In this document: piece after piece, positions 1-10,000 of the stretch | Layout of the letters: every line of letters starts with the position of its first letter | Position numbering within the stretch: the first letter of the stretch is position 1 | Origin: Bacteroidota bacterium | GTDB taxonomy: Bacteria > Bacteroidota > Bacteroidia > Sphingobacteriales > Sphingobacteriaceae | DNA length: 52,683 bases | NCBI GenBank assembly: GCA_029851965.1 | Contig: JARKUW010000152.1 | Location: forward strand, 1-52,683 | Direction: 5' to 3' | The notes under the pieces: generated by a model | Databases searched by the model: none | What the model saw: the letters and a program-made list of their open reading frames with translations, nothing else | Told to the model about the DNA's origin: nothing | Translations under genes and position numbers: made by a program

Positions 1-948
1 CACAACAGCCTCCATGCCACGGCCATTTTTCCACAAGCCATGCGCTGGCTCTGGAAAGACTATCCTAGGCCCGTGTCAAATGCGATCTCCAAAAATCAGT
101 TTATTAAAGATATCCTGATTCCCGGCGAAGACTGGGAACTGGTTGGCGAAGGCTATGGATTTACCGAGGGAACAGCCGTCAATGCCGCGGGCGAAGTCTT
201 CTATCAGGATATCCCCAACTCAAAAACCTATAAGGTGGACCAGAACGGCAAGCTGACGACGATGAGTGTAAATCCCAAAAAAGCAAGCGGCACTGCTTTC
301 GGACCGGATGGCAAGCGCTATACCGTGGCATCAGAAACGAAACAGATCCTGAGCCACGATGAAAATGATAAAGAAACTGTGATCGCAAATTTGCCCGGCA
401 ACGATATCACGGTGGCAAATAATGGTAACATATACATCACATCGCCTGATGGCAGCGAAAAGCCGAGCAAATTATACCTGATCCGGCCAAATGGCGAACA
501 GGTTGTCGTAGACGAAGGCTTAAAATTTGCCAACGGTCTCGCGTTAAGCGCCGATCAAACCCAGTTGTATGTGACCGAGTCCGCTTCACACTGGGTATGG
601 GTCTACCAGGTAAAAGCAGATGGAACACTTGCTTATAAACAGCGTTATGGCTGGCTTCATATTCCCGATAATGCAGAGAATGCATGGTCAGATGGACTGA
701 AGAGCGATTCGAACGGGCGTGTTTATGTGACCTCCCGCTTGGGCATACAGGTGATGGACGAAATCGGACGGGTACTGGCCATTTTGCCTGTTCCCAATGG
801 CAGCAGCTCCTCAAACCTTTGCTTTGGAGGCCCGGACTTCAACATCTTATATGTTTCCAGCAGAGATAAAGTTTACCGCCGCAAGGTAAATGTGAAAGGC
901 GTAAATGCATTCGATAAACCTGTGAAACCGGTAATTCAAAAACTTTGA
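1..948 (+). CDS. SMP-30/gluconolactonase/LRE-family beta-propeller protein, 5'-partial; probably the C-terminal part of an esterase-lactonase fusion
   Basis: Frame is open from base 1 (HNSLHATAIFPQAMRWLWKD). SMP-30 motifs FTEG, FANGLALS, DGLKSD and SNLCFGG are present. Confidence 0.85.
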   Translation, partial: HNSLHATAIFPQAMRWLWKDYPRPVSNAISKNQFIKDILIPGEDWELVGEGYGFTEGTAVNAAGEVFYQDIPNSKTYKVDQNGKLTTMSVNPKKASGTAFGPDGKRYTVASETKQILSHDENDKETVIANLPGNDITVANNGNIYITSPDGSEKPSKLYLIRPNGEQVVVDEGLKFANGLALSADQTQLYVTESASHWVWVYQVKADGTLAYKQRYGWLHIPDNAENAWSDGLKSDSNGRVYVTSRLGIQVMDEIGRVLAILPVPNGSSSSNLCFGGPDFNILYVSSRDKVYRRKVNVKGVNAFDKPVKPVIQKL

Positions 949-1102
949 CATTCATCCTTAACAAGGCAGCGGGCCAAAAATCCAGCTGAATTCACAAAAT
1001 GATGGATGCTCAGGATGAACAAATTAGCTGCATTATAGGCTTGAAATCGGGGCAAGTGCTCAAATTAATTGCATTCCTTTCCCGATTTTACGCCCGAATT
1101 TT

Positions 1103-1110
1103 TATATTTG
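1103..1110 (+). promoter_or_regulatory. Bacteroidota sigma-A -7 box (TATATTTG) for pyrR-pyrB
   Basis: Exact TAnnTTTG match ending 15 nt before the ATG at 1126. Confidence 0.65.
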
Positions 1111-1125
1111 CCTAATCCTTAGTCA

Positions 1126-1674
1126 ATGCAAAAAAAAACCCTGCTAGACGGTCAAAAATTCCAGATCACAATTAAGCGACTTTGTCACCAGCTAATTGAG
1201 AACCATACCGATTTTTCGAATACTGTTTTAATTGGCATCCAGCCTCGCGGCAGCTATTTTGCTGATCGTGTGCAGCAGGAACTATCCGCCATATTACCCG
1301 ACAGTAAAATCAGGAAAGGCAACCTCGACATCACCTTTTTCCGGGACGATTTCAGAAGGAAAGACGGCCTCGGCTCTGCAAGTTCCAACACCATAGATTT
1401 TATTATCGAAGGCAAGAATGTCATCCTTATCGATGATGTACTGTGGACCGGCAGGACCATCCGTGCGGCATTGGACGCACTGCTCGCCTATGGGCGACCA
1501 TCTAAAGTTGAGCTTATGGTATTGATCGACCGCCGGTTTTCGAGGCATGTCCCTATTGAAGCCGATTATATCGGGCAGCAGGTAGACAGCCTGGATTCAC
1601 AGCTGGTGCGGGTAAGCTGGATGGAAACGGAAGGAGAAGACAGAGTAATTTTATTATCAGAAAGAACTAAGTAA
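1126..1674 (+). CDS. pyrR: Bifunctional pyr regulator / uracil phosphoribosyltransferase PyrR
   Basis: LDITFFRDD, PRPP-binding VILIDDVLWTGRTIRAALDAL and VLIDR motifs; directly upstream of pyrB. Confidence 0.93.
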   Translation: MQKKTLLDGQKFQITIKRLCHQLIENHTDFSNTVLIGIQPRGSYFADRVQQELSAILPDSKIRKGNLDITFFRDDFRRKDGLGSASSNTIDFIIEGKNVILIDDVLWTGRTIRAALDALLAYGRPSKVELMVLIDRRFSRHVPIEADYIGQQVDSLDSQLVRVSWMETEGEDRVILLSERTK

Positions 1675-1675
1675 A

Positions 1676-2605
1676 ATGGCAGCAGACAGATTATCAACCA
1701 GGCATCTTTTAGGGATCAAAGATATTAACCGGGATGATATTGAATTGATTTTAGAAACTGCCGAGAACTTCAAAGGTGTGATCAACCGGCCGATTAAAAA
1801 AGTCCCATCGCTGCGTGACATCACCATTGCCAACATATTTTTCGAAAATTCAACCCGGACGAAGCTCTCCTTTGAGCTTGCGGAGAAGCGGCTTTCTGCC
1901 GATGTGGTGAACTTTGCGGCATCTTCCTCTTCTGTAAGTAAAGGAGAGACATTGATCGATACCGTCAACAACATCCTGGCGATGAAAGTGGACATGGTCG
2001 TGATGCGGCATCCCTATGCGGGGGCAGGTGTTTTCTTAAGCAAACACATCAATGCGCAGATCGTAAATGCCGGTGACGGTGCCCATGAACATCCCACACA
2101 GGCTTTACTGGATGCTTTTTCCATTCGTCAGAAACTTGGTGATGTAGCTGGCAAAAAGGTTGTCATTGTCGGTGATATCCTCCACTCCAGGGTGGCCATA
2201 TCCAATATCCTCTGTTTACAGAAACTGGGTGCAGAGGTTATGGTCTGCGGGCCAACAACATTGATCCCCAGATACATGAAAGACCTGGGCGTAAAAGTAG
2301 AACACAACTTGCTTAAAGCCTTAAACTGGTGTGACGTGGCCAATATGCTGCGCATCCAGCTGGAACGGCAGGACATTAAATATTTCCCATCCCAAAGGGA
2401 ATACGCCATGATGTATGGCCTGAACAAACAAATACTGGACAACCTGGACAAGGAAATTATTGTCATGCATCCAGGCCCGATCAATCGCGGCGTGGAGATC
2501 ACCAGCGATGTTGCCGACAGCAAGCAGTCGATCATACTGGAGCAGGTGGAAAATGGCGTAGCCGTTCGGATGGCTGTGTTGTACCTGCTGGCCTCGCAAA
2601 GATAA
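1676..2605 (+). CDS. pyrB: Aspartate carbamoyltransferase catalytic subunit
   Basis: FFENSTRT, HPTQALLD, GDILHSRV, RIQLER and MHPGP motifs. Confidence 0.97.
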   Translation: MAADRLSTRHLLGIKDINRDDIELILETAENFKGVINRPIKKVPSLRDITIANIFFENSTRTKLSFELAEKRLSADVVNFAASSSSVSKGETLIDTVNNILAMKVDMVVMRHPYAGAGVFLSKHINAQIVNAGDGAHEHPTQALLDAFSIRQKLGDVAGKKVVIVGDILHSRVAISNILCLQKLGAEVMVCGPTTLIPRYMKDLGVKVEHNLLKALNWCDVANMLRIQLERQDIKYFPSQREYAMMYGLNKQILDNLDKEIIVMHPGPINRGVEITSDVADSKQSIILEQVENGVAVRMAVLYLLASQR

Positions 2606-2747
2606 AGCAAGGCGTAACTTCTCTAAAGCCGTCCTATACCAGGATCGCCTTCCAACCGTTAATGCAGTGTTATCAACACATGTTGATTTCTTGTGTTAAT
2701 AACTATCATTGTAATACTTATATTCGCAGCGACCATTTTTGAGACCT

Positions 2748-5700
2748 ATGCAGAAAAAATATTTATTCATTCCGCTTTTGTTGGCGGGTAACCTTTCAGC
2801 CAGTTATGCACAGATCAGTGCATTGGTAAATTTGAACAAGAACTACCAGACTGGTTTAGAGCTACTGAATAACGAAAAATATGTTGCTGCCGCACAGCAG
2901 TTTAAACTGGTAGAACAAGTCAGACAACGCCCGGGATCACAGCCGGAAAGCAATGCAGAACTGTCGCTACTAAAAGAAAACGCCAAGTTCTACGCCGCCG
3001 TTTGTGCCCTTGAGTTGGGTAATGCAGATGCCGAAGGCTTGTTTCAGAGTTTTATCAAGGATTATCCTTTAAACCCGAATACCAAGCTGGCATACTTTCA
3101 TGTTGGTAAGTCTTACTTCGAGCAGCAAAATTTCCAGAAAGCACTGGAGTGGTTTGAAAAAACAGATCCTTCCACCCTGTCGCAAAAGCAGCGTGTGGAA
3201 TACCAGTTTAAGCAGGGATATTCTTATTTCAAGCTGGATAACATTGAAAAAGCAGAGCCGCTGTTTGAAGCCGTAAAGAACGAGGAATCGCCTTACCAGG
3301 AGAGTGCAACGTATTATTTTGCGTACATCAACTACCTGAACAAGGAATATAAGACGGCATTGGCGAACTTCGAGAAACTTCAGGGTTCACCAACCTATGC
3401 AGACAGCTATCCATATTACATTACATCCATGTACTATCTGGATGAACGTTATGATGACGTGATCAGCTATGGAACGCCGGTTCTTAAAACCATAAAGCAG
3501 CAATACGAAGCAGATATGCTCAGTCTGATTGCGGCTTCTTATTTTGCGAAGTCCGACTATAAAAACGCAGAGCGCTATTTCGCGGAGTACTATGCTAAGA
3601 ACACCTCCGGCACAAAGAACAACCTGTTTATTTACCAGTACGGCTATTCTTTGTATCAGTTGAAAAAGTATAAAGAATCCGTAGCGGTTCTGGAAAAACT
3701 GGATGTAGACGACGTGTACCTGCAGAATGGTATGTACACCCTTGGAAAGACCTACATTGAACTTAAGAACAAGGAAAAAGCAAGGAGTGCATTCTTCCGT
3801 GCGTCGAGGCTTGAATTTGACAAGTCCGTTCAGGAAGAATCCTGGCTGAACTATGCGAAGCTCAGCTACGAGCTTAATTTCAACCAGCAGGCATTGGAAT
3901 CTACACAGAGCTTCCTGAAGCAATTTCCAACATCCAGGCGGATCAATGAAGCCAAGACGCTGATGGGCGAAATCCTGTTGAGCAGCAAAAACTACCAGGC
4001 GGCCATTGACATCCTTCAGCCCATTCAGAACAAATCACCGGAAGCAAAAGAAGCCTATCAGAAAGTTACATATTTCCGCGGCCTTGAGTTTTACAACGAG
4101 CGTGCATTTCCAAATGCATTGTCCATGTTCCTGCGTTCACAGAACTTCCCTGAAGATCCGGAGATCAGTGCTTTGACGACCTATTGGATGGCAGAAGCAG
4201 GATATGAATTACGCAAATTCGGTGAGTCTGTTCAGAATTTCGAGAAATTCCTGGGCATGCCGGGCGCAGAAAAGACGAAAGTCTACAACTATGCAAACTA
4301 CGCATTGGCGTATGCTGCATTTGAGGATGAAAAATATTCAAAGGCAGCAACGTACTTTGAGCGTTTCATCCGCGGTAATGACAAAGATCAAAAAACGGTT
4401 ACCGATGCCCGAATCCGCCTGGCGGATTCCTATTTCGTAAGTAAAAGCTATGAAAATGCATTGGCCAACTACAATATGATTATAGCAAGCAAGGCCACCG
4501 GAGAAGACTATGCGTTGTTCCAAAGGGGAATGATCCAGGGCTTGCAGGGGCAGGACGATGCAAAGATCGCAACCATGCAAAGCTTGCTTCAGCAATTTCC
4601 ATCATCCAACTATGCGGATGATGCTGGCTTCGAAACCGCCTATAGCTATTTCAACAAGGGAGAACTGGATAAATCCAAATCCGACCTTACAGAACTGATC
4701 AGCAAATATCCGAGGAGCAGCTATGTGCCGCGTGCCATGGTGACGATCGGTCTGGTACAGTACAACCAGGATCAGGATGATGCTGCACTGGAGACATTCA
4801 AGAAAGTTATCACCGATTACGGAAGTACAGAAGAAGCGAAGCAGTCACTGGAATCGATTAAAAACATTTACATCGACAAAGGAGACTCCAATGGCTTTAT
4901 CAACTATGCGAGCACTACCCCTATCGGGAACTATACCGTTGCAGAACAGGACAACATTGCTTTCCAGGCGGCTAACGTACGTTACCTGAAAGGTGATGCA
5001 CAGGGAACTGTTGATGCGGTAAACGCTTACTTCGATAAGTTTTCAAAACCAATCCATGATAAAGAGGGAAAATTCATCCGTGCAGAATCCCTGGTAAAAC
5101 TTGGACGCTCCGCAGAGGCTGTCGCAGATTATGAATATATCCTGAACGACTGGACCAGTGATTATACGGAACGTTCGTTGATCTCTATCTCTGAACTGTA
5201 TCTGAAAGAGAAAAAATACAACGAAGCCATCGTTTACCTGAAGCGGCTGGAAACAACCTCCGATTACAAGGCCCACTATACCTATGCAATCAACAATTTG
5301 TTAAAAGCGTACAGCATCCTGAATATGCCTGATGATGTACTGAAGTATGTTGCTCTGATCAAAGAATCTGATAAAGCTTCTGAAGAAGAGAAAAACAGCG
5401 CAGACCTATATGCAGGACAGGCTTATCTGGCGAAAGCGGATACCACAGCAGCGACAAAAGCATTCAGCAATGTGGTGACGAAAACAAAAACGGTTGCGGC
5501 TGCGGAATCAAAATACAATCTCGCTGCGATCCAATACGCGAAAAGGGACTATAAAAATTCACTCAAATCTTGTTTTGATCTGATCAACAACATGCCTTCC
5601 TACGACTATTGGGTAGCGAAGTCTTTCTTACTTCTTGCCGACAATTATATAGCCCTGAAGGATAACCTGCAGGCGAAGAGCACCTTGCTCAGTCTGATAG

Positions 5701-5765
5701 ACAACTACGAGGGGAAAGATGAAATTGTACCTACAGCAAAGGAAAAACTTGAAAAAATTAAATAA
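2748..5765 (+). CDS. Large exported tetratricopeptide-repeat protein (~1005 aa)
   Basis: Signal peptide (MQKKYLFIPLLLAGNLSASYAQ) followed by many Y/A-patterned TPR helical repeats. ATG 2748 preferred over TTG 2739; TATATTCG box at 2719-2726. Confidence 0.88.
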   Translation: MQKKYLFIPLLLAGNLSASYAQISALVNLNKNYQTGLELLNNEKYVAAAQQFKLVEQVRQRPGSQPESNAELSLLKENAKFYAAVCALELGNADAEGLFQSFIKDYPLNPNTKLAYFHVGKSYFEQQNFQKALEWFEKTDPSTLSQKQRVEYQFKQGYSYFKLDNIEKAEPLFEAVKNEESPYQESATYYFAYINYLNKEYKTALANFEKLQGSPTYADSYPYYITSMYYLDERYDDVISYGTPVLKTIKQQYEADMLSLIAASYFAKSDYKNAERYFAEYYAKNTSGTKNNLFIYQYGYSLYQLKKYKESVAVLEKLDVDDVYLQNGMYTLGKTYIELKNKEKARSAFFRASRLEFDKSVQEESWLNYAKLSYELNFNQQALESTQSFLKQFPTSRRINEAKTLMGEILLSSKNYQAAIDILQPIQNKSPEAKEAYQKVTYFRGLEFYNERAFPNALSMFLRSQNFPEDPEISALTTYWMAEAGYELRKFGESVQNFEKFLGMPGAEKTKVYNYANYALAYAAFEDEKYSKAATYFERFIRGNDKDQKTVTDARIRLADSYFVSKSYENALANYNMIIASKATGEDYALFQRGMIQGLQGQDDAKIATMQSLLQQFPSSNYADDAGFETAYSYFNKGELDKSKSDLTELISKYPRSSYVPRAMVTIGLVQYNQDQDDAALETFKKVITDYGSTEEAKQSLESIKNIYIDKGDSNGFINYASTTPIGNYTVAEQDNIAFQAANVRYLKGDAQGTVDAVNAYFDKFSKPIHDKEGKFIRAESLVKLGRSAEAVADYEYILNDWTSDYTERSLISISELYLKEKKYNEAIVYLKRLETTSDYKAHYTYAINNLLKAYSILNMPDDVLKYVALIKESDKASEEEKNSADLYAGQAYLAKADTTAATKAFSNVVTKTKTVAAAESKYNLAAIQYAKRDYKNSLKSCFDLINNMPSYDYWVAKSFLLLADNYIALKDNLQAKSTLLSLIDNYEGKDEIVPTAKEKLEKIK

Positions 5766-5775
5766 GCGGATTACA

Positions 5776-7479
5776 ATGAGATTAAGCAAATTTATATATA
5801 CTACCCTGTTACTAATCGGTGCTTCTTCCCTGGCTGCAGAGGCACAGGACACCAAAACAACGGAGCCGAAGAAGGACGAGAAAACCATCAACGAAGAAAT
5901 TGAAGTTGTTCGTCCGTACAAGCCTATTCTGGCTGAAGCGGTGAAGCTGAGACGAAGCCCGGACCTGAACGATGTGGTCACCTACAAAGCGAAGTTCAAC
6001 TACAGCGTTACCGACAGGAAGCTTGGTCTGAATTCTGACATCAACAAACTTCAGGCGCAGCAGCTGACGGAAGAACAAAAGACAGAATTGATCAACAACT
6101 ACATCAAAGGTGGATTTGGGAATGCAACAACCACTTTGCTGGAGGCCTATATTAATACCGGCCGGGATGAAGCCTTACAGGCTGGCGGTTATTTCCGCCA
6201 TTTCGGACAGGAAGGAAAACTTCCCGGACAGAAACAAAATCAGCAGGAGCTGAGTGTATTTGGACGGAGCATCGGTGAGGCAGCGACCTTAAGCGGCCGT
6301 GTAAACTACCAGCGTAATGGACTGAACTTTTACGGCTACAATGAAAACAACCCACAGTTCAATTTAGATCCGGAAAGCCAGGCATTCAATTTCATTGAAG
6401 CAGAAGCCGAGGTGGTAAACCGCTTCAGTGCAGATGAAGATGCGTTAAGCTATGCGGCAAAAGTAAACGGATACCTTTGGAGTGATAAATACAGTGCGAA
6501 AGAAAATTCTATCGTGATCAATGGTTACCTGAACAAAAGGATCAACAGCTTAAACCTCGGTTTGGCTGCGGGTGCGGAATTCGGTTCAACAAAAAGCGTT
6601 ACCACGAAGATCGGGAACAATATCCTGCGTCTTAATCCGTATATCCTGTTGCAGACAAACGGCATCAAGATCAACGCAGGGATAAACTTTGTACAGGAAT
6701 TTGGCGCTTATTCTTCTTCCAGAATCTTCCCTGCAGTGACGGCAGACTTCACCCTGATCCCCGAGTTCCTTCAGATCTTCGGAGAAGTTAAAGGTGATGT
6801 GAACCGTAACTCCATGAAACAATTGACGGACGAAAATCCATTCCTGAACAGTGATATTCAGATCCAGAACTCTGTAGAAAAATTGAGCCTTACCGCGGGT
6901 ATAAAAGGTACCGGCGGACCTGGTTTTGGGTATAAGGTAAAAGTTTACCAGAAAAAGATCAGCGAGATGGCTTTGTTTGTAAACAACTTCAGCAATCCGA
7001 ACAAATTTGATGTGATCTATGATTTCGGAACGACCAAGGTAACGGGATTGAACGGTGAAATTACCGTGCAGGTGAGTGATGCCCTGAACTGGACAGGCGG
7101 TTTAACGCTTGAACAATATAAGCCGGACTTCGAATCTCAAAGCTGGTACAAACCGCAGGTTCGCGTAAGCTCAAACCTGTTGTACAACATCAACAAGAAA
7201 CTTAGCTTCAATGCAGCAGTTGCCATGCAGGGCGACAGCAAAGCGAAGCTGTATACTGCAGAACCGGCAAACCCATATCTGGTACCGAACACGGATATCG
7301 AAACCATCGTGAGCGTGAAGGGTTTTGTAGATCTTGGGATTGGTGCAGGATATAAGATCAACGACCGTTTCTCTGCATTCTTAAAGGCAAACAACCTGTT
7401 AAACAAAGAATACAGCAGGTATCTGTACTATCAGGCCATTGGTGTAAATGTATTCGGCGGCGTAACCTATTCTTTTTAA
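5776..7479 (+). CDS. Outer-membrane beta-barrel protein (TonB-dependent-receptor-like C-terminus)
   Basis: Signal peptide from ATG 5776, alternating beta-strand pattern, ANNLLNKEY motif and terminal GVTYSF (BAM signal Phe). Confidence 0.78.
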   Translation: MRLSKFIYTTLLLIGASSLAAEAQDTKTTEPKKDEKTINEEIEVVRPYKPILAEAVKLRRSPDLNDVVTYKAKFNYSVTDRKLGLNSDINKLQAQQLTEEQKTELINNYIKGGFGNATTTLLEAYINTGRDEALQAGGYFRHFGQEGKLPGQKQNQQELSVFGRSIGEAATLSGRVNYQRNGLNFYGYNENNPQFNLDPESQAFNFIEAEAEVVNRFSADEDALSYAAKVNGYLWSDKYSAKENSIVINGYLNKRINSLNLGLAAGAEFGSTKSVTTKIGNNILRLNPYILLQTNGIKINAGINFVQEFGAYSSSRIFPAVTADFTLIPEFLQIFGEVKGDVNRNSMKQLTDENPFLNSDIQIQNSVEKLSLTAGIKGTGGPGFGYKVKVYQKKISEMALFVNNFSNPNKFDVIYDFGTTKVTGLNGEITVQVSDALNWTGGLTLEQYKPDFESQSWYKPQVRVSSNLLYNINKKLSFNAAVAMQGDSKAKLYTAEPANPYLVPNTDIETIVSVKGFVDLGIGAGYKINDRFSAFLKANNLLNKEYSRYLYYQAIGVNVFGGVTYSF

Positions 7480-7612
7480 GCACTTTTCCCGATACCTATC
7501 TTATCCCCTATGAAGCAATCCTCGTTAAGGTTCCGGAGATTTGTAAGTGCTAAGCTTATGATGGTTTAATTATTAATTGCTTGCTAGAGAATTATAATAT
7601 ATTTTTACCCGA

Positions 7613-8887
7613 ATGGAGATATTACAGTACATAGCTGAATTGGTACAGTCCCAAAAAGAAGTTGGAATAGCCGGGCTGGGCACCATTTATAAAAAAAAAT
7701 CTCCTGGTAGGTACGATGCGGCAACGCAGTCGTTTTTACCACCAAGTCAAACCGTCGGTTTCAAAGATGAGGTTTCGGACACCGAAGCATTGACCAGTCA
7801 TCTGGTTGCCCGGGAGCACATCAGCATTGCTGCAGCAGAGAATGCCATTAAGCTTTTTGTGGGTGGCATCCGGCAGCAGTTGTCCGAATACGGTGAAGCC
7901 AACTTCCACCCGCTGGGCACTTTGAAATCCACTGGAGATCAATTAAGTATTGACGTAGAGTCAACCTTTCGGCCTGGATTCGAGTACTTCGGTCTTCCAA
8001 AACTGGAGGAACGGCCTCTTGTACCAGAAGTTCCGAAGCCCGAAGAAGTGGAACGCGAAGAGCTGGAGTCAGAACCTGCAGCACCGGAGGCGGCAGACCA
8101 GGATCCGGTCTTTGAAAAAGAAGAAGTTAAGGCACCTATTGAACCAGAAGTGCCTGCTGCCCCTGCTACTCCAGCCGTGGAGGAGGTGATGGCCAGCAAC
8201 CTGATGGAAGAAGAAAATCCGGGAAGAGAGACTGCTGAACCGCAGCTTGTTGAAGTTCCGGAACCATTCGCCGCAGGTTCAGCGAAATATGATGCTCCGA
8301 ATATCCAGGCGGATCAGAGGACTCCGTACCCATCACATGATATTCCAGCGCAGACGGAAGCAAAACCTGACCGTCTGTTGTTGAAGGTTGCGCTAGGGCT
8401 GCTTGCTTTGGTTGTGATCGGTGTGGCAGGCTACCTGCTGTATCCGGCCATGAATGACGCAACCCGTGCAGATGGCGTAGCGGTGGTGGACAGCAATCAG
8501 GTGCGTGCGGACAGCCTGAAGCGAATGGAAACATCCAGAGCCATACAAGATTCAATGGCGAAGGTGGACACCATCAAAAGCACTCCAGCGGTTACAGACT
8601 CTCCTGTCACTGCCGGCCCAGTGACGGCAAAGCCAGTGACCGACACCGCAACGACCTTCGAGATCATTGGCGCTTCGGTGTTGAATCAAAAAGAGGCGGA
8701 CTGGTTTATTACGCTAATGAAAAGACACGGCATCAAAGCCAAGGTCGTCCGGAATATGGCCGGCAAACGGTTAAAGATGAGCATTGCAACCGTGAAGGAT
8801 GAAGAAGCGGCGAAATTGGAGCGCGACAGACTAGAGAAAAAACTAAATATTAAAGGAATTTACATTTACAGAAACAAACCAGAATAA
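7613..8887 (+). CDS. Membrane protein: N-terminal HU/CCDC81-like domain, acidic Pro/Glu linker, one TM helix, C-terminal SPOR-like domain
   Basis: VGIAGLGTIY...FLPP and FHPLGTL HU-like segments; TM VALGLLALVVIGVAGYLLY; C-terminal FEIIGASV...GIKAKV SPOR-like pattern. Confidence 0.65.
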   Translation: MEILQYIAELVQSQKEVGIAGLGTIYKKKSPGRYDAATQSFLPPSQTVGFKDEVSDTEALTSHLVAREHISIAAAENAIKLFVGGIRQQLSEYGEANFHPLGTLKSTGDQLSIDVESTFRPGFEYFGLPKLEERPLVPEVPKPEEVEREELESEPAAPEAADQDPVFEKEEVKAPIEPEVPAAPATPAVEEVMASNLMEEENPGRETAEPQLVEVPEPFAAGSAKYDAPNIQADQRTPYPSHDIPAQTEAKPDRLLLKVALGLLALVVIGVAGYLLYPAMNDATRADGVAVVDSNQVRADSLKRMETSRAIQDSMAKVDTIKSTPAVTDSPVTAGPVTAKPVTDTATTFEIIGASVLNQKEADWFITLMKRHGIKAKVVRNMAGKRLKMSIATVKDEEAAKLERDRLEKKLNIKGIYIYRNKPE

Positions 8888-8888
8888 T

Positions 8889-9599
8889 ATGATCACATTG
8901 CTACAAGGTGCCGTGGATACAGCGAACCGGATAATCGATACTGCTAACGTCGTAAATCAGGCGGTAACAACAGCACCTCCGGAAATACATTTTATTGACC
9001 TGCTTTTAAAAGGTGGTTGGGTAATGATCCCACTGGCAGCACTTGCCTTTGGTGGCCTGGTTATCTTTATTGAGCGTTACATCACGATCAGAAAGTCGAC
9101 CAAAGCAGAATCGAACCTTATGATACAGATCAAGCAATACATTCATGAAGGTAAACTGGACCATGCGATTACCGTGTGCCGGAACAACACCTCCCCCCTG
9201 AGCAGGATGCTTGAAAAAGGATTACGAAGAATTGGACGCCCGATTAAAGAAATTGAAGGTGCTATTGAAAACGTCGGTAAACTGGAAGTATCCAAACTGG
9301 AGAAAAACATAGGCATACTTGGGATTATTGCCGGTATTGCGCCGATGCTTGGATTCGTTGGTACCATTATCGGGGTAATTCAGATTTTCCATGATGTATC
9401 CATCAAAGGAGCGATTGAGATCGGTACCATTTCTGGTGGTTTATACACCAAAATGATCACTTCGGCAACCGGTCTGATCATCGGTATTCTGGCGTACGTT
9501 TTGTACCACATACTAAATATGATGGTGGAGCGTATCATCTTACGTATGGAGACGGATTCTATTGAGTTTATTGATTTATTAGAGGAGCCAGGTAAATAA
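8889..9599 (+). CDS. exbB: MotA/TolQ/ExbB proton channel protein
   Basis: GGWVMIPL, APMLGFVGTIIG and ITSATGL; three TM helices. Confidence 0.9.
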   Translation: MITLLQGAVDTANRIIDTANVVNQAVTTAPPEIHFIDLLLKGGWVMIPLAALAFGGLVIFIERYITIRKSTKAESNLMIQIKQYIHEGKLDHAITVCRNNTSPLSRMLEKGLRRIGRPIKEIEGAIENVGKLEVSKLEKNIGILGIIAGIAPMLGFVGTIIGVIQIFHDVSIKGAIEIGTISGGLYTKMITSATGLIIGILAYVLYHILNMMVERIILRMETDSIEFIDLLEEPGK

Positions 9600-10000
9600 T
9601 GAATTTACGCAAAAGACAAAAAGGCACAGTTGAGGTGCATACCTCTGCACTGAATGACATCATGTTTTTCTTGCTGTTGTTCTTTTTATTGGCCTCCGCT
9701 GTGGTTAATCCGCAAGTGGTTAAGTTGTTGCTGCCCCGGTCTGAATCCGGACAACAATCAAATGCCCAGAAAACAGTAACCGTTTCCATAAATGAGAAGC
9801 TTGAATATTTTGTTGAAAAGAAGCAGGTAAACCTGGAAGGCCTGAAAGCTGCTGTTGAAGTTTATCAGCAGGCGGCTCCGGACTTAACCTTGGTATTGTA
9901 TGTGGCCAGAGGCGTATCGATAGAGAATACCATGCAGGTTTTTGATGTGGCAAACCAGTTGAAGATTAAGGTTGTTTTGGCTGTAGAACCGAAAAAATGA
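9599..10000 (+). CDS. exbD: ExbD/TolR biopolymer transport protein
   Basis: TM segment with the conserved Asp (SALNDIMFFLLLFF); start overlaps the exbB stop (TAATG). Confidence 0.9.
   Translation: MNLRKRQKGTVEVHTSALNDIMFFLLLFFLLASAVVNPQVVKLLLPRSESGQQSNAQKTVTVSINEKLEYFVEKKQVNLEGLKAAVEVYQQAAPDLTLVLYVARGVSIENTMQVFDVANQLKIKVVLAVEPKK

Noticed and set aside
979-992. AATCCAGCTGAATT as a PyrR binding loop
   Set aside because: Only the first half matches, there is no GAGG and no downstream terminator, and it lies upstream of the likely promoter.
1130-1138. A9 tract in pyrR (also A9 at 7691-7699) as a phase-variation site
   Set aside because: Lys-codon runs near AT-rich 5' ends; both frames are intact.
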